From assembly GCF_964355755.1 (NCBI RefSeq), contig NC_092676.1, positions 19,796,871 through 19,860,870 of the forward strand: a DNA stretch of 64,000 nucleotides. The letters are read 5' to 3'. The position numbers and the translations under genes were made by a program. This document shows positions 1-13,519 of the stretch, one piece after another (position 1 is the stretch's first letter; every line of letters starts with the position of its first letter). The DNA comes from Antedon mediterranea. Its lineage: Eukaryota > Animalia > Echinodermata. The notes under the pieces were generated by a model that worked only from the letters and a program-made list of their open reading frames with translations, did no database searches and had not been told where the DNA came from.

Positions 1-302
1 CCACTTGACACTCCCTTTATTACATCCTGTAAGTGTTGGCCTCTATTCCTGCCCTACTAGTCTCTGACTAGGGCCTAGGCCTAGCTAACTAAGGCAGCCT
101 AGCCTAGCCTAGCCTAACTTAACTAAACCTAGGCCTGGACCCTAGGCCTATTTATAATTAATAGTACAGGCGCGCTAGGTAGTAGTAGGCCTCTAGCTAC
201 CAGGCCTAGCCTAGCTAGGCCTCTAGAGTCTAGGCCTAGGCTATTATTAGTTATAGGCCTAGCCTAGCTACTACTTTTTTAGTGTAGTTAATAATAGCCT
301 AC

Positions 303-440
303 CATTTAAACACAGATTATTTCTACCCTACCCTCTAAATTTGGCTAGCTCATTGATTGACGCTGAAAATTCAGTAAACAAACAGTTGTTTCTATTTGTT
401 GCCTTTTCTGGGAATTCTGGAAATTTCACAGGAGAGAGCG
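303..440 (-). other. Possible first exon (5' UTR ending in ATG) of a gene that runs off the left edge of the window
   Basis: Minus strand reads ...TTTAAATG|GTAGGC (ATG 305-303, then a GT donor). It is followed by a CTAG/AGGCCT-rich tract (55-300) like the ones just downstream of the PDXK-B and CKAP5 first exons. No downstream coding exon is visible. Confidence 0.3.
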
Positions 441-3400
441 CGTGTGCCAATAATAATAAAGGGTAAAAAACAATATACAAATGCTGCCCTCAAGTTTATA
501 GGAGGAAAAAACTTTTTACTTTTATGAAATAATTATGATATATTATGATTTACATAGCAAACTGTATGACATTACACCCAAATATATTGTATGATGGTAA
601 GAATAAATGTTTTCTAAATCGACCTAGGCCTATGATATTACTACTTATCCACTTATCCAATGCAAGATATTCAGCTAATTAAAGTCCTACTTCTCTGTTG
701 TCAGCCGATTTAACCACCATCATACACTTGTCATTTGATAGTTCATAGTTATGCTACCTTGCAAGAGTATTTAAATAGTCGTCTGTCAATTGTCATTTCA
801 TTTCATATTAACGTTTGACGACACAAATAATAAACAGACCAATCAATACGGTACTGCAACACAAGTTTTATTGCTGAAAAAGAAGTATACAGTTCCACAT
901 TAAATTAACATTTTCCTATTAATCAATATATATATATATATATATATATAATCTATGCATTTTTATTTATACACCATTTAAGAAGGCCCTATTATTGTAT
1001 AATGTTAGTAAAACGAAACTATATTATGAATAATACACTTCCCAATAATATAAATAGGCCTAAAGGCACGCTAAAAAAAATCATCATTACATCATCACTA
1101 TTTTATCAACCATCCTCATCATCAACAGCATCGTCGTGGTTATCATCATCATCCTCGAAGTACAACAATATCATATGTTATATGACATGAAGCTCAGAAT
1201 GTTGGGCTGTGTCCCTCTCTGTTGAAGGAGGACAGAGAGGATTCGAAATTTATTATTTTATATTCATAAGCAAGGACTCTTCCCCCATCTCACCTATTAG
1301 CTATTGTAACACACAGAGCAGCATCTTAATCCCTTTTTCATAACGAAAACACCCCGTTTACCCCCGTCTCTTTTACAACCCAACGTGTCTCAGCTGCTAA
1401 AACACGAAAGTGAGATGCAGTAATCCGGTGGAATGAAAACCATGATCGAATTCGCAAACGTACGGTACACAACATGTATAACGTAAACAAATAGGCATAT
1501 ATAGTATAATTACATAACTTTACAAATATTATTTAATATTTTGATGCACAAATTCACGACACTTATGCTCATTGCATTAATTTATAAAATATATCGAAAG
1601 TATGGTAGCGCTTTATCACTGATAAAGGCGTAAAAGCAAGCAACCGAAGAACTTTAATCTAAAATTTAAAAGCACCATTACATTCAATTATGATCATCTA
1701 TATTATCTTCACGACGTTTAACAGTAAATCCAAATATCAAAAGTTCAAACGGTAAACAAACATAAACCAACTGAAGAAAGTATACGTTTGTATGTAAATT
1801 AACCAAAAAAGGCAATTAATAATATTGATTAATTTGGAATATAGGCCTAAATTTTTTACGTCAGTGTTCTATTAAGCAATTCTTAGTAACTTTTAAACTA
1901 CACTGATCAACTCCCACCAACCATCTTCAACATTGTTCAACCCTTAAAAAAAATATACCAATCAAAAAACTCATAAAACTTTCTATACATCTGACTTCGA
2001 GAATTGTAGTATTAACTACATTATTAATATACCATCTTATATACAATTTAAAACCCTTTAACCTATCAGGATTTCACTCATTCAAATATATATTTTAAAG
2101 TTAATAACCATCTATTGTTAAACTCGTTTCGCCATCGTTCATCACAGCATTCACATTTAGATCAATACCAGTCAATTAATCCAATACCATTCAATTCAAT
2201 TGATTCAATCCATTCAATCCATTCGATACCATCTATAATAGTCCATGCATTTCAATATCATACATTCAATATAACGTTCAACATAGTATTCAATCGACAC
2301 TTTTATCAGATCACTTTCTCTTTTAAACTCAAACCTTCAAACAGTATAAAAAATAAACATTTCTACAACCAACATTACATTGCAAAGCCCTCCAATATAA
2401 ATTTATAAACTTTCTGTTTCATTCTCATATCTTGCAAATAAATAATTATTCTTTAATTACATTACACTATCTTCAAATCCATTAATAGAATAAAACGTTC
2501 TCTGTTCATTTAAGTCAACGCCTTTACAATTCAAACATAATAGAGAACGACAACTTTCTAAATTGATCACTTCGTCATCAAATCTGCAACTAATACGTTT
2601 AAATGCTACAATTTGAAATAGATCCCAAGTGTATCCAAATGTAGATTAATTATATTTCAATCAAATTAATTAACTGCAAAGCTCTGTTTACACTCTCAAA
2701 CTAGTTTAAATTCCTTTTATTTGTTGTTTTTTTATATGTTTCGTGAGGTGGTTTCCCGATTAATCGTATGATCAAACGGTACTGGGTATGATCAACTAGC
2801 GTTCGTGTTCCCAGATTAAGATTATAAGTGTATCGTACAACATTGTAGTAGAGCGAAAATAACATAGGTATAATGGCAGTGATATGACATCATCATGTCC
2901 ATATATGGGCACATCACATTTTTGTTGTCACATAAAGTTTGATAGTGTAGACAAAGCTTAAGTCAATATTGATAACAACGTAGCATATACGTTCTAAAGA
3001 TCGACACTTTATCAGAACATTCCATAATGAATAATATTAATAAGTATTACCTTATTGAAAAGTAATACAGTACTTTCAAAATAAAATAATGCCGTCGTTG
3101 TTATCTTAAATTGAATACTTATGACCACTATAAAATAATATTTCCATAACTACTTTTGCCGTTGCATAATACAAAATAAATCAGATTCAATATCAACGAA
3201 TTCTCAGATAAAACAATTAGCTAATCAACAAGCATACTTCTTTAAATCACTCAATATAATCAAGGAAGAGTGAAATTACATCTTCCCTGATATAATCAAA
3301 ACGTACAGCGTACATTTCCTCAATATAGCAACATTAACACTATTTTTTTTTATAAAATATATCTGTCTATTAATATTGTAAGCCTATAGAATATAGCTAA

Positions 3401-4023
3401 CACTTTATCAGCCTAAAACATAGCAAACACATTAACGCCATTTTAGAAAATCTCAGCTGGAACATTAACAGCATTTCATCAATATCCACTTAACATTATC
3501 TCCAGGCACTCTTATCTTTCTGATTTCTGATCACGTTTTCTACAATATGATTTAAAAACTCTTAAGTGCATCAATTTAATACCTTTTAATATTTCCCGGT
3601 TTTACCCTTTAAAAATACTAAAATAAGTATTCATAAAATGTGTCACCCTATATTATTATTATTATATGTTAATTTCATATACATCATAGATATACTCTCT
3701 CATTTTATATTTTGATATAGATTTTGTATTATTTGACCCAGGTCATATATAGTTTACTTCAGGTATTTTTTCCCATGGCGTAATAAACATAGTTCAGAAA
3801 AAAATGACAGTTCATAATGTTCGTCACAATGTTATATAACTGCATGTCATAGTAGAAGCTGTTTTAAAGATAAACGATGTCACATATGGCATTGTTGTGG
3901 GAACTTGGCTTTATACAAATTATGCAATTTGCTTTTACATTGAAATCGGTCGGTATAGGTCAGTATACCTATAGTACTCCTTCCAATCTACTTAATTTTG
4001 TATATTCAACTTTCAGATTCAAC

Positions 4024-4332
4024 AAAGGTGTATGTATTCCCCTCCCCCTCCCCCCCCCCCTTTTTTTGCAGTTTTTAATCAAGTTAATCACTTCCGTAGA
4101 CAAAAAAAAAATGTTCTTCACTTGTGAAAAGACAAAATAAACGGTTAAATTCAACCAAAACCCAATGATTTCTAGTCAATTTGAATATTTTTTTGGTTTT
4201 CAATTACAATTTTTTCAGGTAAATAACTTATTATTTTCGATCCACTTTTTTGTCAACTTTATATAAAATGAAATATTCAACATAAACTTTAAAACAAAAA
4301 ATGATTTTTTCAGGGAAGACAATACATATTTA
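4024..4332. mobile_element. Degenerate copy of the ~320-bp TTAA-flanked MITE family
   Basis: Shares AAGTTAATCACTTCCGTAGA...AAAATAAA-GGTTAAATTCAACCA with 5857-5936 and ends in GACAATACATATTTAA. Confidence 0.55.
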
Positions 4333-5774
4333 ACAAATAGAATAATTATTATTAACGCTCAGCATTGGTTAATTATAAACCGTATAGGTCACATGCACAA
4401 GTTGACTGTGAACCTTCCAATGAACAACATAAACTCGAGAGTAATCCCCGTTTGACGAAATCAAAATAACAAGTGTAACCTCATGGTTATATCAATATCA
4501 CTGCGCACATATACAGTAACTACATTATTGCAAAATCTTCAGGCTGATCTTGGTTGAAAGACTTAGTTTGGATGTGGTTTTACCACTGAAACCGTACGGT
4601 ACTAACATTTAAAATAAAAACGATAATTCCTACATTTAAACTAATAACTCGGCAAATGATTGATCGGGATGGCGAAGTTTTGTACAATATTTCTATCAAG
4701 GTTTCTGCGTTTTTTCGGACAGCGACATATTCAACACTGATCAACGAAGTAAAAACATTGTTACAACCACACATGTTAACATCAGCATGGGTGTAGCGTA
4801 GCACCAACAGTATAGAGTGAATACCTTTTGGCCACTCTTACTTTCAATATCGAACTTTAAGAAAGCTTTCAATAGAAGAAAAGCTTCGAACAATAGTAAA
4901 TTTGATCCTTATTATCCAAATAAAACATAGCGATAGTTTTAGTTTTATTTTTGTTTTAAATTGTCACGCTGCCGTTCAATATTTGTAAGGGGAGTTGAAT
5001 GTGCATGAGAGGTCATGTAACATAAGTACGTTTTCCCAAAATTTGGTAAATTATATTTGCATCTTACATTTGTGCAATGTCGAATAAAATGGCCAACCTT
5101 AGACTTTACTTAGGTCGGATTTGTTGTTTTCTTTTTGAATTTATTGATAATTTGTGTTCAGATGCGTTTTTTACGGAATAAATTTGTTTTGTAAACAAGA
5201 TTTCTCATTGGAACAACACAGGTTTCAAAATCAAGCCCACTTAACCTTAGTTCATACGGCAGTAGCATCCTCATGGCGTATTGTGTCGCTTTGATTGGCA
5301 AGAATAACTTGTGTTGGCGGAGTATTTAACTCACATCGCTGGTAACTGCTTCCAAAACATGAGCGAAAACAGCTGTAATGAAATAAAACATAAGATAAAA
5401 ACAAATAATACATATTTCTTTTCGGCATTTATAGCTCGCCTTAAGTAAAGACATTTTAATGGTATTACTTTCAAATGACACTGTTTGAACCTGAAATAAG
5501 ATCTTACAAATTATACGACCAATAATTTTTAAATGGCCTTTACGTAAAGAATATGCTGTACATCAAACATCAATGTCAATCCTGAAATCGATGTAATTAA
5601 AAAAAAAGAAATTTCTTCTCTCCGAAGTACAATATAAGTCGTATTCATCAAAATTTAAGGCGATAAAACAAATACATTTTGATTTATTTACAACATTTGC
5701 CAATTTTTTGGCGAGTTTCATTACATTTATTTTCTGTTCATATTGAAAGATTTCGTTTTCGTTCGTTATCTTAA

Positions 5775-6092
5775 AGATGTATTTTCCTAAAAAAACCTGG
5801 AAAATGAAGAATAATTAAATCGGACTCCGAATATGTTATTTTGTAGTTTTAATAAAGTTAATCACTTCCGTAGAAAATACGAAAAAAAAAATGTTTTCAC
5901 TTATAAAAGGACAAAATAAATGGTTAAATTCAACCACTACCATTTTTTCCCTTTAAATTACAGTTATTTCAGGTAAATTCATTTTTTTCGATCCAATTTT
6001 TGGTCAAAAGGGATAACTATTATGTTAGGCCTACAATAAAATGGCATATTCAACAAAAATTGTGTGTTAAGAATTAATTTTTCAATACATCT
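5775..6092. mobile_element. Non-autonomous TIR element (MITE), Kolobok-like
   Basis: TTAA|AGATGTATT ... AATACATCT|TTAA (TTAA at 5771-5774 and 6093-6096). Related copies at ~4024-4332, ~7436-7712 (inverted) and ~35650-35868 (inverted). A TTAA target with purine-purine termini matches the Kolobok definition. Confidence 0.6.
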
Positions 6093-6148
6093 TTAACTGA
6101 AAATTAACGTATCTAAATGATATTATAAATAATACAGCAAACTATCTC

Positions 6149-9103
6149 TCACCCACTGCCTTCCCTGCTCAAGAATTCTTCTCCATCCTCCATCGTCTGT
6201 GGTAGATCTTGTCCAGTGGTCTCGGGTAAAGTACATAGAAAAATAGCACCGCAACACAAGGCTGAACTAAACAGTACGTAAGGTAACGGCCACCAATATA
6301 TTTCACCCAATGCAAACAGCATAGGCGTCAGCGCGGCAGATATTCGTCCAAATGCACTGCACAAGCCTACACCAACTTGCCTGAAAGACAGAATATTTAC
6401 TTTCATTCATGGATATAGTCACCAATAATCAGAGATTACTTACTCTTCTATGATTTTACAATATAATAGACATTGGTATTTCTGTACTACTACTACCTCA
6501 ACAAGTTAGACTATTATTTTTGTTATTATCGGTATGAAATTGATGAATACACAAACAACGTTTCTACATCATAATTCTTTTGGAAAACAAAATGGCATCA
6601 TGCATTGATTCCTTCATGAAACAAACACAACGGAACTGCAATCTTAATTTAGTTCACAACTGTATGAATAAAAGTGGCAATGTAGTTCCTTCGAAAAACG
6701 TCCTACAAACTAGAAAAGGAAAAAGTCATGCACAAAATGGTACGTATACAATCGTATCATAGACTATATCTAAAGCTCTGTCAACACTATCAAACTAGTG
6801 ATATAATATGGTATTGACAGGACATCATTATGTCCTTATATGGACACATCATTTTTTGTCACATAAAATTTTATAGTGTAGATAGAGCTTTGAGAAACAT
6901 TTTTACTCTCCTCCACAAGTTATACATCTTACAACATTGATATTACATTAATATAATATACCACCACTGGATAATATGCATGGATGTAAACGCATAATTT
7001 TACCCTTCTTACTGAAGATAACATATAAAAAAATCTTTTAAATAACAGTACCTTACTGGGGTTGGAATAAGCTCGGTTGTGTATAGACAAACAACTGCAA
7101 ATACAACTGATATGCCGAATTTTCCAGTTACAGCGATGCCAACAACTAAATTATTGTTACCTGATTATTTTACAGAAGAAATAATATTGATAAAAATGTT
7201 AAGGAAAGCCTTAAAAAGAAACAGAAACATGCATACATGACACACTTAATGTATAGCAACCAAATCAATAAATATAACAATAATTATATATATAATTTTG
7301 AGATACAGTATACAAGTTTTTTGTTAGATACTACTAATATGCATTAGTATATTCCGTTCACGTAAAGGTTTTCCCATTTTGATTAGAAACGAATTTGCAG
7401 ATGTTCACTATAGTTTTAATCGCCTTGCTGCGTAAAGATATATTGTCTCCCTGAAAGTAAAGTAATTTGTAAAAAATTGTTGTTGAATATGCCATTTTAA
7501 TGTTACATAATAGTTATTCACTTTAACCAAAAATCGATTCGAAAAATATTTAGCTGAAATTAACTTTTAAAATAGTCAATCGAAACAGCGGGTGTTTTGA
7601 CCGTCTGTAATTTTCTTTTCTGCGGAAGTGAATAACTTTATCAAAACTTTAAAAAAGGTATATTCAAAGTTTTATTTTATTCATGTTCATGTTTTGAGAG
7701 ACAATACATATTTCCATCTACATTTACACCTCTTCCGTGTCATAGATAGGTCTTTTTTTTTGCGAAAATGATCGGTTCGCTGAACCAATATTGATTATTA
7801 TCATTTCTACTTTTAGTTAATCCTTCACCTAGTACATTAGGTCAAATGTCCCGAATTCAAGACGGAAATTGGCGATGAGGTGTGCCAGCCTAACATGATA
7901 ATGTAACGTTAGGCTTATGCACTTTGAATTGGTGTGAATGTAGATACAAGCCTTAGCACGAGATATTGTAAATTATAGACATTTTTGCAGACTAAATTGT
8001 TAGTTGCAACTTTAAAGATTATCTCAACAATTCAATTGAAATAGCATTTTAAAATATAAAAACTGTATACGTATTGGTATATATATATATAATTATTTCA
8101 CCTTACTCTAACCTAAACTGTTCCTCATCAGATCTTTATCAATTTATCGCCACACACGAGATCGAAGTCTGACGAACGCTGATTACTCATATCGGCTTCG
8201 CCACACACGAAATCGTAAGTCTGACGACTGATCCACATCGGCCTACAGGTAGTAGAATCAATATGCCTTTATACCTTCCGGAATAATTGCCACCAAAGCC
8301 AAAGCAATTCCAGCAACGATGTAACCGCATAGAGATGTCGTTTTTCGTCCTATTTTGTCCAGAAACAACACAGTGAGTGTGAGGGCGGGTACTTCGGCTA
8401 AACCTGTCAAGAACATGTTTAGCAAATCATGACCAGCCAAAAAATCGGTATTGGTTGACAACCCAATGTAGACAGCATAAGTTACAGACCTAATTATCAT
8501 GCACAGAATCGGACGAAGAAAAAAAATCATAAATTTTGATGGATGTCGCCAAACTTCGCAGAAGAGCGTAATATGCGTGCAGTTATGGGGTAAATATGGC
8601 GTAACCCGGAGAGCCGATGGTTATGGATAATGTGAAGATTCAGTATCGGTGGATATGCCTATAACCATCTTAGTGTACAAGAGCCTTCCACTGCCAGGGG
8701 ACTTACCATTGCAGACACATGTTAAGTACTGTCTTTTTAAGTACTGGTTTCTTGGCTATATCCATAAGCCCGTAAGTTTTTTGACTGTAAACATCTGAAG
8801 CCTGTGAAAAAAGGGGGTTTTTTAAATCAAATGCAGAATATACGATAAAATAAGATATATATATAATTATATATGTTCTATGCGGTTTTCTTTAGCAGCT
8901 CCCCTGTCCAAACGAAACATGTTAACTTTGGCTCTTATTTTAATAATGATGTTGGTTTGGAGTGATAAATCCATGTAGAAGTTTAAAAACAACTTGGATG
9001 GTAAAGTTATCTTGACGGTTTCTTTCTTCTTTTCAGTTGTTTGCGTAAAGGACCACGAAACTGTGATAACTTTTACCAATTAAGTTTCTTTTTATTCTGA
9101 TTC

Positions 9104-9154
<51 letters not shown>

Positions 9155-12100
9155 TGTGTGTTTAAAAAAAATCCTCAATTCGAATACAAATATACTACTG
9201 TAGCAGACCTTTGTTTACACATTCCGAGTTTTCCATTTTGGAGATGATTTTGCTCTGTGTGGAGGCTGTTCGTTTTAGTTTTATATAACTAATGTAAGCC
9301 ATAGGGTCCTCCTCAGATGAACAGCATCCAGTAACACAACCTTCTCCAAACAGTGGCAACCTCTGACCCTATAAACGCAAAAACTAGTGAGACTAGGCTA
9401 TTGAAGTTAGGAAACTTACAGTTGCTGTTTGTAACCTGTTAACTTCAGCCAATTTATCTACGCTCAATGTTGCTTTGTTAACGACAGCAGCACGCAGTAA
9501 AATAGTCTTTGCTTCTTCTCCTCGATTATGAGCTAACAGCCATCTCACCGACTCCGGTATTATCCTGAAAGACACAGAAATTATGTATACAAGATGTTCG
9601 TTTTTATCTTTATTCTAGCGATGGGATACTTAACAGTAAAGAAAAAAAGGTACATAATGGAATTATATTATTCACTGGTATATCTTTATTCAAAAATGAA
9701 AACAACAAATTTACAAAAAATTCATAAAATATAGCAGCATTTAGGGACGCATGCGTCCCAAGCTGAATTGCATTTCATGATAACATTAAAACAAGTGATA
9801 ACAATTTAAAAAAAAAAAAAAAAAATGATCGAAGGGCGCAACTCACAAATTAAATTCGTTGATTAAGTTAATCAAATAAGGTAGAGGACTGTTACTATGA
9901 CGCACAGTATTACAATTGACATTGCGAATCCTGTCGGCATTGCGGGTGATGTATTTGTAATTGTGAACCGAATAACTTATTCCGGTTATTTTGTGGTGAA
10001 TAATTGAATCAGTTTGATTACCACAAGGAATTCAACGAGTTTAAAGCTCTGTCTACACTATCAAACTAGTTCAAATATGGAAGTGATATAATTGTGAACC
10101 GAATAACTTATTCCGGTTATTTTGTGGTGAATAATTGAATCAGTTTGATTACCACAAGGAATTCAACGAGTTTAAAGCTCTGTCTACACCATCAAACAAG
10201 TTTGACAAAAAATGATGTACCCAAATGTGGTAGTGATATGACATCATCATGTCTATATGGACACATCAGATTAAGTCAGACATAAAGTTTGATAGTGTAG
10301 ACAGAGCTTTACGTTTATTCTAGAAGAAAGCATGATGAACTCATATGAATTATCATTATATACTTTAATATTGTAAACATCTTACCACATATAGGACAAT
10401 GCAAAAGAAAATATTACACAAAGTATTATGCCAAGCAATCTCCAATCTTTTACGAAGAATGCTACAAACGACAAGAACATGGCAGCTATTGGATATCCAA
10501 GATAGTACAGAAGTCCCACTGTGCCTCGCTTTGACGGTCCAACAAGTTCAGTTACTGAAAGAAAGAGTAAAGAAGAATTTGTAAAAAGTAGAAATGTAAG
10601 ATAACTCTCTGTAAAAGGTATTTTTATGATGTCATATCACTACCATATTTGGACACATCACACTTTTTTGTCCATAGTTTGATAGTGTAGACAGAACTTG
10701 TATACTGTATAAATTTAATAAATTTCTTAACTCTTTCTTTACTGTGTCTTTTTTTGCGTGACAATAATTTAATTTAAATCGTGGGAAAACAAACATTGTG
10801 ATAATATGCGAACATTCGGAATAAACAGGAATGCTTTGTATATGGAAGTATCAATCAATGTTCAATTTATACTTTAGAACAGAAATGCTTTGTACGGAAA
10901 TATCAATCAGTTTGTAATTTAAACTGTACAACAATCAGAATAGTATAGAATGAACAAGCAATTACAGTCGTTTTTTTGAAACCTCGACTTTCAAAGAAGA
11001 CGAAGAAATTGAACGCGTGAAAGTCAGAGGGAAAATACGGAACGATAGAAATGTCAGTGAATCGGATAGGTATCATGATGTATTATACATCAACAGTGTA
11101 TACGTGATTTGCAACTTTATTATTATGGAAACATTATGCTTTACTCCAAGTGCTTATAGATATTATTATGAAATGTAGCCCACAACTTATCCAAACATGG
11201 GAGATGTGGTATCAGCATTTAACACACCCAACTACCTTCACTGACCATAATTTTAAATTTTACAAATCCTGAGTAGGCCTAAGTCTAGTACCGTATGGTT
11301 TGCTTTATACATGCCTCTGAATAAAGTACAATTGAAAATATATTATAATAACTATTTATTATTAACTAATCGAAAATGCATGCTTTTGATCGCAAGACTC
11401 AGCGGTCTCAGAAATATTTGGTTTAATAATTAACCTTTGCATGCCGTTTGACGTATAAAGGTACCGGTACTGTACCAGCATACCGCCTTATTGATATCAA
11501 AAGCATCATGGGAGCATCCATCATTTATGTTAAATATGCATATAAAATAAACAGTTTATTAATTTGTGTTTGATGCAAAATAATCAAAAACAATATTCGA
11601 TGGTTCTGTCGGTATATAACCTTTTCCAATAGTGACTTTAGTGCAATCTAAGGACTGATGTTATAACGTATAACGTAATCGTATATCATACTGAGGTACC
11701 GTACAACGTAGGCCTATATGTTTAACGTGTACGCATAATACTGTACGTATAAAGTGTACGTATAAGTATAACGTTTACGTATAACGTAGACCTATACTGC
11801 GTTAAGTGAATAACGTATACCATGATAGAGCTTGGTTCCCACTTGGACGCAACGCAATGACGTAACGCAACGCAAGTGAATTGACCAATCACAAGCGATG
11901 ACTTATTCACTTGTGATTGCTAACTGTCTATAACTTCGATTGTCATTGGTTAAAACGCTTGCGTTGCGTTTACCTCCTTGCGTTACGTTCTAGTGGGAAC
12001 CAAGAAACATATAGGCCTATGTTGTACCTCAGTATGATATATTTGACCAATGATAACGCGATGGATCAACAGAACTACCGCGTGTGATTGGTCAACAAAC

Positions 12101-13519
12101 TTGCGTTGAGCTTACTTCCTTGCGTTGCATCCAAGTGGGAACCAAGCTTAAAGTAAAACAAATTTATTCTCCCACTGTTTCCACTGTTACCGGAATATCG
12201 GAAGTTATAAAATGTTTATTGAATTAAAGTTGAGAGAGGAAATGCGGTTTAGCTTTTACAATTATGTTTAGATAATGAATGTCACATACAGTACTATGAA
12301 TTATGTTGGTATCCATTGGTTCCTACCTTTTATATTTCCTACCTAATTATTAGAAAAATCCCGTTATATAATTTAGATAAATGAATTAAATAAAATGAAA
12401 CTCGAAAGTTACAAAACCGTCATAGTAATTTGTATGGTATAAGCCATTGAAGCCAAACCAACAATGTTTGTGTATTATCTGCTACCACACAATACGCATT
12501 CTAGATTTATTATAATACTTATTGGTAATACTACACACTCCTTAGGCCTTATCAGGTTTACTGTAGTATAAAGCTCTTTGAATATTTTTACTGGTTTTAA
12601 ATTCCTTACCATAGATTAGTCCAATATTCACTAAAGAACCCGTTGAACCGGTGAGAAACTGTGCTGTGGCAAACACTGGAAAACTTTGAACCGTAACTGC
12701 CAATAGTCCAGCACAAACAAGTAGCAATACATTTACGAATAAAACAGGTTTACTGCCGTATTTGTTGGCTAATACACCGATGAGAAATGCCCCAATAGGC
12801 CGGCCTAGCATGTGAACTGTTTTAGATAATTGACGCTGCCATAGTTTATCGCAGACCAGATTCCACTACAAACGAGAAAAAAAAATATTAACATTCATCA
12901 TGATTCAATAACCTACAAACGAACGAACACGACGTCACATTTTGTATCTATGTCCATTAAGTTCTCAAATATGGAGCACATGAGATAATATAAGATAGGC
13001 CTATATAATTTATTTGGAAGCTACACTTTTGAAACAGTTGCATATTTCTTGAATGAATGTGCGTCCAGAGTGAAAAAAAGTAGTTGTTATCGATTAATGA
13101 AATTATACTTGTAAAGAAGTAATGGTGTGTACCAACCTCTGTGACGGGTGTTGAATGAAATACCGATTGATCGTAAACCCATCCGAGATCGCATTCCCCA
13201 ATTGTTACGTTACCATCGTTGTCAATAAGGCGTTGGCACTGGTCTGCTGTCTGACAGGTTTCATTTTCATCGGTTGGTAGTGATTCACATAGAAAAGTTC
13301 TTGTTCTAGGATTGTAGGTCTCATTTTGGTAACTTCGACAATAATGATCAGGCGCTGTACTGGTTATCACAGTGAAAACCACGATAAATCCATCGATAAT
13401 CGCTAAGAACACCAGTAATACGAAAAATCTTTTTTGATATCTTCCAAATTCTCCTATTGATTTCAAGTACCCGTCGATGTCGAATTGAGGCTTATTCCTG
13501 TCGTAATCCTTGACTTCAC
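6149..13519 (-). CDS. SLC22-family (organic cation/carnitine transporter-like) MFS transporter, multi-exon; start exon not located
   Basis: Exons in transcript order, all GT-AG and in phase: 13519-13137, 12865-12610, 10554-10386, 9564-9420, 8801-8707, 8489-8275, 7160-7052, 6380-6149. SLC22 motifs: IGEFGRYQ, Cys-rich luminal loop, STPVTE|WNLVCD, TELVGPSKR, DWR, PESVRWL, LDKIGRK, GKF, YTTELIPTPVR, LPETTG. Exon 13519 begins in phase 1 with no ATG, so an upstream exon is required. A GTGAGA donor at 6152 could allow a different 3' end. Confidence 0.9.
6774..6889. mobile_element. ~140-bp palindromic MITE family (AGCTCTGTCTACACTATCAAAC termini), PIF/Harbinger-like
   Basis: TIR AGCTCTGTCTACACTATCAAAC / GTTTGATAGTGTAGACAGAGCT, usually flanked by TAA/TTA. 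About 10 copies or fragments: ~2680-2960, 6774-6889, 10045-10308, 10626-10698, 14285-14340, 38272-38520, 38870-39007, 60269-60408, 62806-62951, 63985-64000. Confidence 0.75.
9105..9160. repeat. (TG)n microsatellite
   Basis: About 27 TG units in an SLC22 intron. Confidence 0.95.
10045..10308. mobile_element. Harbinger-like MITE copy with a 131-bp tandem duplication spanning its left junction
   Basis: 9958-10065 is repeated at 10089-10196 (flank plus left TIR); the right TIR ends at ~10308. Confidence 0.7.
11829..12148. mobile_element. MITE family with AGCTTGGTTCCCACT(A/T)G...ACGCAACGCAAG termini (two adjacent units)
   Basis: Inverted termini AGCTTGGTTCCCACT / AGTGGGAACCAAGCT. Further copies at 22750-22879 and in a cluster at 24230-24784. 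Confidence 0.7.

Noticed and set aside
5771-5786. Tiny terminal SLC22 exon (G-K-I-H-L-stop)
   Set aside because: It is in phase with the donor at 6152 but lies in a MITE terminus; it cannot be supported without transcripts.
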